Positions 33,099 through 47,700 of a stretch of DNA of 64,000 nucleotides are shown here, one piece after another (within the stretch, counting starts at the first letter, position 1; every line of letters starts with the position of its first letter). The translations under genes and the position numbers were made by a program. The notes under the pieces were generated by a model that saw only the letters and a list, made by a program, of their open reading frames with translations, was not told the DNA's origin and searched no databases. The DNA comes from Chrysomallon squamiferum (lineage: Eukaryota > Animalia > Mollusca). The stretch covers positions 13,826,001-13,890,000 of the forward strand of contig CM022666.1 of the NCBI GenBank assembly GCA_012295275.1. Direction: 5' to 3'.

Positions 33099-33968
33099 TT
33101 GTCGCTAATTAAACAGGTTAATCTTTCACCTATCTGGTTCTACTTGTCGCTAATTAAACCGGTTAATCTTTCACCTAAAAAATCTGGTTCTACTTGTCGC
33201 TAATTAAACTGGTTAGCTTTCACCTATCTCGTTCTACGTGTCGCTAATTAAACTGGTTAATCTTTCACCTATCTCGTTCTACTTGTCGCTAATTAAACTG
33301 GTTAATCTTTCACCTATCTGGTTCTACTTGTCGCTAATTAAACTGGTTAATCTTTCACCTATCTGGTTCTACGTGTCGCTAATTAAACTAGTTAATCTTT
33401 CACCTATCTGGTTCTACGTGTCGCTAATTAAACTAGTTAATCTTTCACCTATCTGGTTCTACGTGTCGCTAATTAAACTAGTTAATCTTTCACCTATCTG
33501 GTTCTACTTGTCGCTAATTAAACTGGTTAATCTTTCACCTATCTGGTTCTACGTGTCGCTAAAAAACTGGTTAATCTTTCACCCATCTCGTTCTACTTGT
33601 CGCTAATTAAACTGGTTAATCTTTCACCCATCTGGTTCTACTCGTCGCTAATTAAACTGGTTAGTCTTTCACCTATCTCGTTTTACTTGTCGCTAATTAA
33701 ACTGGTTAGTCTTTCACCTATCTCGTTCTACTTGTCGCTAATTAAACTGGTTCTACTTATCGCTAATTAAACTGGCTAATCTTTCACCTATCTCGTTCAA
33801 CTTGTCGCTAATTAAACTGGCTAATCTTTCACCTATCTCGTTCTACTTGTCGCTAATTAAACTGGTTAATCTTTCACCTATCTCGTTCTACTTGTTGCTA
33901 ATTAAACTGGTTCTACTTGTCGCTAATTAAACTGGTTAATCTTTCACCCATCTCGTTCTACGTGTCGC
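33099..33968. repeat. 45-bp minisatellite, ~20 units
   Basis: Unit TTGTCGCTAATTAAACTGGTTAATCTTTCACCTATCT(G/C)GTTCTAC; 18 near-full and 2 internally deleted 25-bp units; no spacers. Confidence 0.95.
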
Positions 33969-34329
33969 CGCGAGCGGTACAGATGGAAGCAGCGAGCTGT
34001 ACACGATCCTGAGTGAGTCTAATTCTGTTAGCAGCAGAACGCTTCGACGCTAAACCGTTTGATGGATAGTTTGCTCATCGCGTCCTTACACGGTGCAACA
34101 AAACTAATAAAAGATAACACCTTGGCCGGGAACCCTGGCCACGTCTAAATTAAGTCATTGCAGTGCGGGAACAGGACGGACCGCTGGCATAACACAGGAT
34201 CATGACAACTTCGGACTCCGGGGAATTTTCGCAATTGTTTCTCATCACCCGATCACAGGCAGAACAATCGAAAAGGACTCCTCGATAGGTGACTTGACTT
34301 GAACGAGAGAAAAGATATTGCTTTTTCCT

Positions 34330-34373
<44 letters not shown>

Positions 34374-35279
34374 CGCGCGTCTGCCGGAATTTGGCGAGAG
34401 GATCTGATCGACAGAGAGACAACGCACATGGCCCGCGGTCACGTGGTCTACTTGCTAAATAATTTAATAATCATCCACGCCAGAGAAAGCTCCACAATTT
34501 CATACTGGACTCGGGGCCAAATGAAGTGTAAATATTTTACAAGTGCCGCCATGCTGAATGAATTCCGAACAAGTGCATTTTCCTTCCTAACTCATTATCC
34601 GATAAATTGAAAGATTCAATTTCTTTGATTAACGGCAGTTCGACAGAAACCGATCCTCAACCGGAAGTCACGAGACGCAGCACGGAAATAATGCGATCCA
34701 GAACGAAACAGAAATAATTAAAACTGAAAATAACGGACACCTAATTTCTTGTTCTTTTTTTTCCCTCGAATATCGTTGATTATAGGTACGTGTCTGTGTG
34801 TGCATGCGCGCGCGCGTCTGTGTGTGTTATAATATAAACAAAGAGAGTTACACGCATGCACACACATATGTGCACATTCAAATACACCTGAGAGGAAACC
34901 CGCTACAGAAATCCCATGCCAGGGAGAATTCATTGATTAACGGATGTTATGTTTGCCTGCGATTAAACATGAAATGAATTCCACTGTGTATGTATCTGCA
35001 GCTTAAGTCATAGACTACAGTGAACATCAGTCTTTATACAAGTAATTAAATAAACACTGATTATGAGGAATAGAAACAGTTTTTAAACAGCAGCGCTTAG
35101 GATCTGTCTGTCTGTCTGTCTGTCTGTCTGTTCTGTCTGTCATTATTATTATTGTACTAGAAGTTGTTGTTTAGTTGTAGTAGTAATAGTAGTATTGTAG
35201 TAATGTTGTTGTGATCATCATTATCATCATTCTCATCAGCATTATCATCGCCATCGCCATCATCATAACATCATCATCG

Positions 35280-35311
<32 letters not shown>

Positions 35312-36753
35312 GGTGGTAGTACTAGTGTTATCATTATCATCATTATTATCATTCTTAATAGAAGCATCATCATCACCAATACAATCATCATTATCATCAT
35401 CATCATCATCATCATCATTATTATTATTATCATTATTTTGATTTCAGTAATTCTAATTTCATAATTGCTAAACAGAGTTACCTTGAAATATTTCACAACT
35501 TTAAACATATCAGTGTTCTATTCAATTCTTTATTAATACAGACACGCACAAAAACGCGTATGCGCGCACGCGCACACACACACACGTACTCACACAGTAT
35601 ACAATTTATATAATTATTATTATGGTTGTTATGAGAGCGGTAGGGTTCTGTTAACTGAAATGTATTTGCATTTTCAGTTCTCCACTAAAGATCTGACAAA
35701 TGCAATAGACATGTCAGCAACAACAAAAAAAAGATATTCCAGTTATATACATAAACACTTACACGTTATTAAATAATCATTATCACGAATAAGCCGATTT
35801 CATTCACGCGCATTTTTATTACTATTATCGTTATTAATTTTAATTTTCCTCTTTGACGGTGTTCGTTCGTTCAAAGACTTAATCACTGTTTATCCAGAAA
35901 ATGACTTCAATAAATATTTTGCATTTTACGTAAATATAATAACGAACTGCAAACAACAAAAACGTTATGAAAAACAAATTCGCTTTATAATGAATTAAAA
36001 TAAATTAAAGCAGTCAAAGAAAAAGAAATTTTAAGAAGAAGAATAGAAGAAGCAGAAAGAAAAGAAGGAAAAGAAAAGAAAAAGAAAAGAAATAATAATC
36101 GTAATCTCGACACGACAAATACAAACATTATGGACTGGATCCGCTTACTCTGTGACAAGCGTCTTCATTAATTCCCTCCACGCGCCATGTCGTCGAGAAT
36201 TACGGATGCTAAAGACCTGGGAATATTCCTTTGTGGCCCGAGGAATCAAAAAGATGTCACTCAGCGTTAGGCTTAGATCCGAGAGATGCTAATACGTTGT
36301 TTTTGGGGCAACGTCATCAACAACGTCACAGTTCGTCGTCTAGCGAAATGAAACGTACCTGATGAATAATCCAAGATGGCGACGTCTTTCATTTAACAGC
36401 AGACGCTGTGGGACACACACATACACAACAGCCCCCCACACGCTCACCGATCCACCCACCCCACACCCACACACACACACATTCATATACACGCATACAT
36501 AAACATAAATGATAAAGGGTTTTCATTTGCGTGCCATATTATCATTGGTGTTCGCAACAGTAACAAAAACTTAATTTCAAACATTTATCGAAAACAAGGA
36601 AGACACTGGATGTATATTATTATTATTATTAACAAAGTCTAATAACAATAACAAATAAATTAGTGTTGCTGTTGTTGTTGTTGTGGTTCCTGTTGTCTTT
36701 ACAACTGATACGTTACTATGTTCATGCTTTCGATTATTACTTTTAATTTTATT

Positions 36754-36852
<99 letters not shown>

Positions 36853-39790
36853 TCCTACCTACTTACCCATCCATCCATGGATCCATCATCCATCTATTCA
36901 TTATCCATCAAACACCCATGGATCCATATACAAATTCAAAATCGCATCTCATCACATTTGTTTCTGCTTTTCCCCATTTGGATTCTTCTTTTCCGTCCTT
37001 TTTACGTTTTTACTCTCCTTTCAATTTCATGTTGTTCTCATTCGTTCTTCTTTTCTTTTTTTGTTCTACCACTTCTTTTTTTCCCGTTCCAGTCATTACT
37101 AATTCGGTGTCCTGTGTTTTGTTGTTGTTTTTTCGAGTCACAGATTGTGGTGTTGTGTTTAATGTTACTGTTCGGAAATACGTTGGCGGGATCTGGCTGC
37201 TTGCTCACCACGATTAACTCAGGCGAAGCAAGGCGTAAAGTTCAGTCTACGATTAGAACAGACCAGGTGCTACTCCAAAACTGTATATTCTTCTTCTTCT
37301 TCTTTTTTCCCTATTATTATTATTATTATTATTTTATTTATTTATTTATTTAATTATTATTTAATTTATTTATTTATTTATTTTATCTATTTATTTATTT
37401 TATCTGGGGTTTTTTTCTGTTAGTGGGAAGGTATAAAAATAATCTGTTGCTGCTAATAAGATTAGTTCATCGAGTACCGTCTGCGGGTTACTGAATGTAT
37501 GTTGTTAACAATTTATGTCACGTGTTTTAATTGCTGATGTAGATGTGCATTGTAATGTTAAGAATAAATAAATAAATAATTAAATAAAATTTTATTTCGT
37601 TTTCAGTACGTTGCCGGTTCAGAAACTAAAAATATAAATTTTTTTTTTTACAAACGGTGGAAACAATATCTGAAATGCGTGCTTTAATCTTAGTAAGACC
37701 CAAAGACGAAATGATGAAATATTAGAAAGTAAAGTTATTATTTAAAAAAAAGAAGAAAAAAAGTGTGGTTGAGACCCTTCACGTCTGGGCTTGATTTAGT
37801 TTTCATCAACGTACTCGAAAGCCGGCTTCAAAGCTTCCCATCCCGGGGGATGTGTCGTCCACGAATTATCAATATGGTCAGCACTTGTCGTGCATATAAT
37901 CGATGCTAACAAACTTTGGCAAGCGACGAGCTTCTAACACAGGCATTGTTTCGCGGCTCTTAACGGTATTTCGCTGCACACATTATTGCTGATTATCCCA
38001 CGAGATAGAACAAGCGACTAGCATGTTCGGCCCCCGTCTGATCTAAATTTCGTTTCGTAGGCAACCAGTAAGGTCTCTCTTGATGTTTTTTTTTCCTCAT
38101 GATTATTATTATTTTTTTAATTTAGTATTTCTGTAAAATAAAACAGCGTTGGGTAACCATAGACTATTAGGTGTCGCAGTCTGTATTAATTACGGCACTC
38201 TCGTGTAGCGAGCGTATATCGCGAACTGACCCGAAGTACGCTACATCTATCGATTAGCTGGGAGATTATATTTATGACTTTTCACTTTCGCGCAGGATAT
38301 ACAATGACCTTTAAAAAAACTATCGGCCGAACATCGCTGTTAAGAACATCACGTAGTAACAACGAATAGAAAATTACTATAATGCAACGCAAGCAGTGTA
38401 TCATAATTAACGTGACTTAGTATTTGTAATTTGACTTACAGCCGGGGACTGGAGACTAGTGCAAATCAAACACGAGGCCTCTAAGGAATTTGATCACTTC
38501 CAGACTTGCTGTATACGTGACTGCTCTTCTCTCTAACTAGAGTGTACAAAAGCCAGAGATCTGATGTGATTAACTCAACTTACGTAGGAGTGCGTGTGTT
38601 AGGAAAACTGTTATTCATTATCTCATTTTGCTTGGCGTTTTCAGTTACGTTTTTATGTATTTATTATTTTAATTAACTTTGTTTCGGTTACCGAACGCAT
38701 TTAATGAAAATAGTATTTACGAATGTACAACAGACAAAGTGTAAAGAAAGTTGTGATGATCTAGTTTGTTTAGAAAATGACTCTTTGTTTATTAATTTAA
38801 CTGTAAACGATGTACGAATAAAAAAATAATAATAATAATAATAAAAAAATAGAAAAAGAAAAGAAAAAAGAAAGAAAAAAAATGAAAATACATTTTCGTA
38901 ATATTTGACTTTTTTCATCTTCTATATAGAGCTCTTATTTTTCGACTTCTCTGCTTCTTCTTGTTTTCTTAGTCTCACAAAAACTTGATTTCATTTACTG
39001 CCTGTTTACAAACACCCACACACACAAAAAAATGAAAAATGATAATACAGCAAGATTTTCTGATTTCGCGATTACGTCAGGGGAAATAACTCATGAAAAA
39101 ATACAAAAATGAATGAATGAATAAATAAATAAATATTAATAATAGTAGTAGTAGTAGTAATAAATAAATAAATAAATAAAATAAAATAAAATAAAATAGG
39201 AAAGATAAGATAATACTGAGGTTCTAAAGAGTGGAGGCTGAATTTCTGTTCAAATTACGATCAGTAAGGAATATTAACTATTCCATTATGTATTTTAATT
39301 ACTTCTATGAAACTAAGAATTATGTACGTATGCATACATAGATAAATGTATGTATGTATGTATATATATACGCATGCATGTGATGAGTAAGTATGTATGT
39401 TTGTAAGTACGTATGTATTTATATACGCATGTATATTAGTACGTATATGTATGTTAGAATATATATGTATGTATGTATGCATGAGCTGGGTGCTTATGTG
39501 TGTTTGTATGTTAATTCTTATATGAGTATGTTTATACCATTTTCGATATTTGAATATTTATATATTTCGGATGATATTAATTATATTTCCACGTTCAGAA
39601 CCAATAATCGGAGTACAAACTGTCCTTCGAAAAAATGTTGCTGAAAGAAAAACAGCAGCTACAACAACAACAAGAAAAACAGCAACAACAACAACAACAA
39701 GAAAAACAGCAACAACAACAACAACAACAACAACAATAATAATAATAACAATAGTAACATCAACCACAACAACAACAATAATAATGATAA

Positions 39791-39829
<39 letters not shown>

Positions 39830-40339
39830 AAAGTACTTCAAAATAAAGTCTTAAAACAGTATTCTAATACCAAAATATAGGTTTTTATTTGTCATAAATA
39901 AAGTAGCAGTAAAAACGCCAGTAGATCCTGTCATGCTAAAAATGGTTTTGATAAACCAGTTAAGTTACAGCATATTACGTAATGCTGCAATGGATACTTG
40001 TTGATTATAATAATTATAAAGCTAATTTAAAAAGTTACTACTACTACTACTACTATTACTACAACCATTTCGTAAAAGTATGGTTTAGAGAAATTTTTAT
40101 TTTATTAATTGAGCTGTGTAGAATTAAAATATATTTCCAGAATAATTAGGCTTGTTTCTTTGTATGTTAATAATAATAATTTTTTTTATGTTAAAAATAA
40201 ACAGTGATGCATACCAAGGGAAATAAACCTAATTGACTGGCTTTGGGAGTGATCTCCCTTACATCCGGGACTTCTGTATCCAAGTAATGAAAACATTTGG
40301 TATTTTTCTTTACGAGGTCTAGACTATCGGGAAGCAAAA

Positions 40340-41162
40340 ATGAGTAACAGAGCCGTTGATAGCGTTTTAAACGAAATAGAATGGGACGAAGGATTGAGTA
40401 TGCCTGTGGCAAATGCCGAGAACAAGGCGTTGGAAGATCAGGTAATAATTTTGGGTCGAGAAACTGTCGTTGGATGACGCAAAGAAATTTAGGAAAAATT
40501 AAAACAAAACAGATTTCGAGATGCTGCATGCAGTTTCCAACATCTGGCAGTCTAAAAAGCCCTCCTATATACTCCTAACAATATACTGAGAATAGCAATA
40601 ACAGCACAGAACATTATTTTAAATAAAATATTAAAATATACTTGTATATTAAAAACACCGGCAATGCAGTTGTTCTTTTTTATGTTATGTGGTTGCTATG
40701 GAAATAAAAATGACAACTTGAAATTTTAAATGTTATATTAATAAATAATTTTTACACACTACTTACCTTAATTTAGTCAGGCACGACTTAAACCACTGTA
40801 ATTAATGTTCTTCATGTAAATGTTGAATATAATTTTTTTGTATGTACTTTCCAGTAATCCAAATTGTATATATTTTTAGCCATTTTAGGTGTCTTTTGAA
40901 TAAGTAATATATACATAATATTTGTCAGAAGTCCAGGTATGTTACAAAATATGTAACATTCATAAACCACCAGTAAATTAAGAACAATAAAAATGAATAA
41001 TTTAAAATAATAATAACTAAAAACAAAATAATAAAACAAATTATATAAATGTATTATGTAATAAAATTGAAAATATGAAATACACTCTACCATATGCTGT
41101 ATTTGTTGTTGTTCAAAAGTAAAACCATTTGTGATTTATGACTTGAAAATCGAGTGTTGGTC

Positions 41163-41194
<32 letters not shown>

Positions 41195-44100
41195 GTAACA
41201 GTAATAGTAATAAATAAATAAATAATAATAACATAGCCTGCCTCTTGAAATCAAACAGTGTCAATTCAATGTACAATATGAGATGTAACTTTAAGCAGTA
41301 AAAATGTAAGTTTTACACACTTACGGAATAAGGAGAGTCTGTAACTAAATATACAATTTAATTAATTAATGTAAATAAGTAAAAAGAAAGCACTACCTCC
41401 CCCCCCTCAAAAACCAAACAAAAAACCCAACAACAAACAAACTCCTTCAAAATTACAACAAAATAAGTGGTTTGTTCCTTATAGTTAAAATAAATAAATA
41501 AATAAATAGTTCGGCTAAAATATATTTAGTATTTCCTACCATTACATGTAGAAAGATATGTTTTTGCCATTGTTATAGGTTGAAGGAATTAAACTGAACA
41601 AGTATTAAATTATTTAATGATTTGTTTGAAAAACAAAACAAGGAATTATAATATGTTACAATAAAATGTCCTTAAAACTTCTAGAATAAAACATATAATT
41701 GAAATGTAATGCCTGACATGTTTATATGTATATGGTGTGTATGTTTGTATATATATGTATGTATGTATGTGTTTGTGTGTGTGTGTGTGTGTATGTGTGT
41801 GTGTGCTTTGTTTTGTTTTGTTTTGATGGTTTAACTGTTTAATCATCACATTTATGACAAATAATACTTAAGATTGTATGAAATTGTTGTCTAGGTGCTG
41901 AGAAACCAGCGCCTGATTGTGAAGAGGAGAGAGGAGCTGGAACAAACAGATGACAGGGTTCATGCTATGATAGAACATCTGAAAAATGTCCGACAAGAAC
42001 TACAACACACACAGGTATGTCAGTAAACTATGTTTTATCAGTTTTGTTTATTTTTGTATATTTACATACTGCACAGTGTATGGTTCTAAACAAGTGATTT
42101 CTTTTTTTTTTTAAACTGTGTTTGTTTATTACCGCACAGTGTATCTGAAAACATATCTGAGATATTTATAAATACATTTAGAAAGCTGCAAATAATTTTT
42201 TTTTTTTTTACTAGATGTTATCTTGTGCTGGTAATAAAGTGTAACAATACCAAGCTTTTTGTAGTCTTAATTTTAAGTGCATTTATTCTTCAGATTCTTA
42301 AGATATTTTAAATAGTTTTGTGTATTTATTATTAAGGTATCAAATCTGAGCGATTATCGCTATTGTTAAGACAAAATATTCTAAAATATATCAACTAATT
42401 TAAGTATCCATCATTGTGAAAATGTTATGTTTCAGCAGTTTATGAGAAATCAACTTTTTTAAAACAAAAGATTGTTATAAAATTCAAGAAAAGATCAGCT
42501 ATCTATATTTTTTAAAGTCATACATTTTAAATTATAATAATCTTTGTGAGTGACTGATTTTAATATTAATGGATAATGTTTATTTATTTTTATATATTTT
42601 ATTTTTGAATTTGTTTTCTCCAGGGTCTGGTGACTGCTAGGAACAATGAGATAGAGACTGAGGATCATCTGATGAAGATAGCTCAGAGAGAGGAGGGGAG
42701 ACTCACTCAGGAAATCAAGAAACTTGAGAAGGAACTGGAAGATCTTAAAGAGAAGAAGAATATATATGAAGTATGTTTCCAGGTCTAGCGAGACCTTTTA
42801 TAAAAATTAATATAAAATAAAATTAAAAAAAAAAAGAACGAAGTTAAATCATTACCCTTGTGGTTACAGTTCAGTAATGTAGTGATGTATGTATACATAT
42901 AGGTGTATATTAATTGCATCAGTTATTTTCAAGATAAATTTGATATGGCTTTTGTATAGTTTCTAGAATAACAGAGATAAACAGTAAGATACAAAATTGT
43001 ATTATTTTTATTACATTATCAGGTTATGTCAACTTGAAGCTAGAAATTTAATTTGTGCACAAATTCCATCTGATGTTAAATTGCAAGTTGTATTCAGCTG
43101 TCTCTTATATTACCAAATAATCAACAAAATAATGTTTTTATTAATAAAATAAGCAAACTAGGAATTTCAGTGCTACCATATTTTGAAGAATGTTTTTGTT
43201 TCTTATTGTTATTAGGATATTATTATCATTATTATCATTATATTATTATTATTATAATCATTATTATTACTATTACCATTATTATTATTATTATTATTGT
43301 TATTATATTATCATTATTATTGTTAGGATCATTACTGTACTGTCATTTGTTATGTTTCAGTTAAATGATAATTTGGTTTGTTTCAGAACAACATCTTCAG
43401 ACAGACCCAGAGACTGGAGGAGATGAAGTCGCAGATGAACTGGGACCAGCAGGCGCTGGAGGCGTGGTTGGAGGAGTCCGCACGCAAAGACGAGGATGCC
43501 ATGACGCTGCAGAAGTACACGCGACAAGATGAGAGCAAAATCAAGGTACAGACGCCATTTTTCTTTATTCACTCGTTCAGATTTTGTGCATTTTACTTAC
43601 GTATTACGTTAATTTTTGAAATAACGGCAGAATTTTTTTTCTTGATTAATATTTAACAGTTTGTAATGTTAGTTTTCAATAAAATCTAGTAATATTATAT
43701 GCGATTCATAATTTTTAGCATCATGTGTAATATAAAAATATTAATAATTTTCAAGATAATGCTTATAAAAATTGCTTTTGTTGGATATTCAAGTCTATAT
43801 AAATACAGGTTTTTAATAAAATGCAGTAAAATTTCATCTTTTGTTATCCATATTTTATGAGATTGTGTATAACATTAATGTCTTGTTTTTTTCTCTCCAA
43901 TATTTAAGAGCTTGTATCGTTAGTTTTAAATAAAATATATCAAAATTACATTCCATAAATTCTGACATCACACATAATATTAATTTGTTAAATGATGATA
44001 GTAAAAGACTACCTAGTTTCTTTAAAATTTTAGTCTGAAATATTAAATTTCAAAATGATGATAGAATGCATTTGTTGTCCATCTTTTCTGAATTAAGTAT

Positions 44101-44683
44101 ATTATTAATTTTGAAAACAGTGGTTATAAAAATTGAGTTTGTTGTTTTAATGTTAATATTTAATGTACACAGTATTAATTCCAATAAACTACTAGTAATT
44201 ATTGAAGTTATATTTAACGTTAATTTTCAAAATAGTAAATGTTTTCTTTGTTACTTAATATTTACAGTTATACAGATTTCTCAACTTAATGTTACTCTGT
44301 TAAAGTAATTAGTTAAAAAAAGTTAAGATTATTTATTATAATTTTGTTTTGTTACAGGAATTGTCTTTGCGGATGGAGAGACTGACAGAAGAAGCAAGAA
44401 TAAAGAAACAAAATCTGGATAACGAGATGACAAACACCTTAACATCCCAGGTAAACAAAATAAAAACAAAATTATGTAATTATCATAATTATTTTTAGTA
44501 ACATGGATAGTTGGATACAAGTTAAGTATAAAATAAAAAAATAAAAATTCTTTACATCTTTAGATTATATTCTGTTAAATAAAGTGTCAGTTATATTTGC
44601 CTTCAGAACATAAATAGAAATTTAATGCTAAATTTTACATGTTTTTTTTAATATCTGTTAACTGTATAAAGATATATATACAA

Positions 44684-44750
<67 letters not shown>

Positions 44751-47700
44751 AAAATAAAATTGTTATAATTTAAACATATGCATGCAAACACCCAGTTAGA
44801 CACACAAACTCATACAGATAATTATTTCAGATTATGTAATATCAAATTAAAATGATAAAATATCAAATTAAAATTATAAAATGTCAATTTAAAAGTATAA
44901 AATAAAATTTGTAAATTTAAAAATTTAAAAAATAAAAAAATTTTAAAATGATTTTTGTTCAGATTGAGCTAGACAAGACAGCTGAAGATTTCCGAAGAGC
45001 TCACGCAGAGAGACAGAACCTGATCAACCAGTGGGAGTACACGATAGAACAGATGCAGAGACGAGACAAAGAGATGGACTTACTGGCTGCGGTAAATATT
45101 TTACTAATGTACTAAATGATATCACAAAAACAAAACAAAATGATAATGCCTCATTACATTCTTGATTTTTGTGTCTGCTTGGTACAAGTGTGTTAAATTT
45201 CATTGTTTACAAATTAGATGCATTTTTTTAAATAACTATATACTGAGTTTATGGAATGTTTTGAAAAACAAAACAAACACTGGAATATTATGGGTACTCT
45301 GCTACTAATACAGTGGATGGGATATTTGTTGGTTTATATAAAAAAAACTAAACATTTTAATGAATATTAATATGAAATAGAATAATATGAGAGGTTAGAC
45401 ATATTTTAAAAATAATCTAATATTATCTGTGTTCCTTTCAAGAAAGCAAATTGATATATTTTGTTTTTAAAAAAATGTTTAATTTCATCCTGTTTCAAAA
45501 TAATTAGTTTAATAATTATTTTTATAATAAAGATGTTTAAATTATTATTATTATTATCATTAGTTATTATTTTATATTATTATTGTTATTGTTGTTGTTA
45601 CTATTATTATTATTATTGTAGTTATTATTATTATTATTATTAAAATCACTACCATTGTATTGTTGATTATTTACTTTAGAACAAGCCATCACAGGTTTTC
45701 TTAAATAAATATTTACAAAACTTAACAGTAGATTACCTCATATTATTTAAATACAGCAACTCGCAAGAGCAAAACTTGAGGTCCAGAAGCAGGAGGACAT
45801 GATCAAGGAGAAACAGCAGTTCCTGGAGCAGGAGATTGAAAACAACAAGGAACAGGAGAAGAGGATACAAATGTCAGACAGGAATTCCGCTAAACTTCGA
45901 GCAGAGTACCAGGAGTCAGAGACTGCGAGAATTCAGTTCCACGATGAGGTAGTCTATCTTTTCTTCATCATTTTAATAAGTGAATAAATTAAACACAGCT
46001 TTATAGTTACATGTTTTACTACATGAAAGGTAGTTAAATACAGTATTAACTTTGTGAAAATATGATGAAGTATTTATCTTCTTTACATCATTTTGTAATA
46101 AGTGAATAAATTAAACAGAACTTTATGATGATATGTTTACTGCATGAAAGGTAGTTTACATATAGTATTCTATCTTAAATAAATAAATGTTAAAAAATAT
46201 GATGATATGTTTTATCTTGTTTTTATCATTTTAGTCAATATTTTCTAATGGAAATGTTAAATACACTGTTAATGAAAAAGTTGCATATTCATACTGACAA
46301 GGTTAGAAACTCTCCTAATGGAAAGGTTATTAAATGTTTTTCCAACAGCTTGATGCTCTGAAAAGGACGGTGGATCGTACTGCAACAGATTTGGAAGCCA
46401 CTCGTTCCCAGGTAACTCACTTGAAGAAAGACATACAGGAGAAGACTGGCAAGTAAGTTTCCTTTGATTTTAAATATTCATTTTTAATTTTAATTTTAAT
46501 TTTAATTTGAGTTTGAATTTTAATTTTTTTTAATTTTAATTTTAATTTTAATAATTGTTCACCATTTATCATTTATTTTCTTCTTTTCTCATTTGTGTCC
46601 ATAAGTCTAAAATAACAGATAAATTGCTGTATGTGGGAAGGTGGTTAAAAATGTTCTTACTGCTAACTGAAAAAAAGAGGAACTCTTCTTGGTTCTCTTT
46701 TACTTTATCTGGGTGCTCCTTAATTATGTAGATACTAACTAGATTTAAAACTGTTTTGAATGTTTTGTTAAATAAAATATTTCTTCCTTAGTAGTAGTTA
46801 TAGTAAAAATAGTAGTAGTTGTTATAAAGGTACTGATAACAGTAGCTGTAGTAATTGTACTGGTAGTAATAGTAGTAACTGTCACAGTATTAGTAGTAAT
46901 AGTGGTATTCGTATAAGATAGTTGTAGTAATAGCATTAACCATAGTATCAACAGCTGTGGTAATAATGAAAGTAATAGTAGTAGTAGTAGTAGTAGTGGT
47001 GGTGTTAGTGCTAGTGGTAGTAGTAATGGTGGTGGTAGTAGTAGTAGTGGTGGTGGTAGCAGTAGTAGTAGTGGTGGTGGTGGTGTTGGTGCTAGTGGTG
47101 GTGGAGGCTGTAGTAGCAGTAGGAGTTGTTGTTGTACCAGTAGTAGTAGTTGTTGTAGCATTAATGGTAGTCATTGTAGTAGTAACAGTCACAGTAGTAG
47201 CAGCAGAAGTTGTTGTACCTTAATATTACTTCCCACTTTAAACATGTTTATCACCATGTTTCAGACTGTCTCAAGCCAAACAACTGAACGAAACACTGTT
47301 GCAGAAACTGAAGGTTGCCAAGAACTCGAGCATGACTGCTGAAGAGCGAGCTAAGAAGATGGAGGAGATGCTGAATGACGAGGAGGCAACGCAGGAGAAC
47401 ATAAATAGAGATCTGAAGGATCTCCGCGACATGCAGTTCAAGAAGATGCAGGAGTTGCAGAATTATCGAACGACGGAGAAAAACGTTGAAGCTGAAATAC
47501 AGGTGAGTTTTAAAGTGATTGATTCTCCTCTGGTTCTGCGAATGAATGCCTGAACCACTTTTAAAACGAAATGTTGATGTTATCTGTATTAATGTGACCA
47601 TAAGAGGTGTTAAATAGTTTATATATATTGGATTAAAAGCTTGACAAATGATCAGAACAAATGACAGAAGCATTTAAGAATGAATATTTTAAATTTTATT

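Noticed and set aside
33099-33968. CRISPR-like array or 122-aa repeat protein (ORF 33238-33606)
   Set aside because: Units are head-to-tail with no unique spacers, there are no cas genes and the context is eukaryotic. The ORF exists only because 45 is divisible by 3 and is broken by 44/50/25-bp units.
36371-36381. YY1-like CCAAGATGGCG as an additional gene start
   Set aside because: No sustained ORF or splice donor follows; it could be an untestable PKDCC upstream regulatory element
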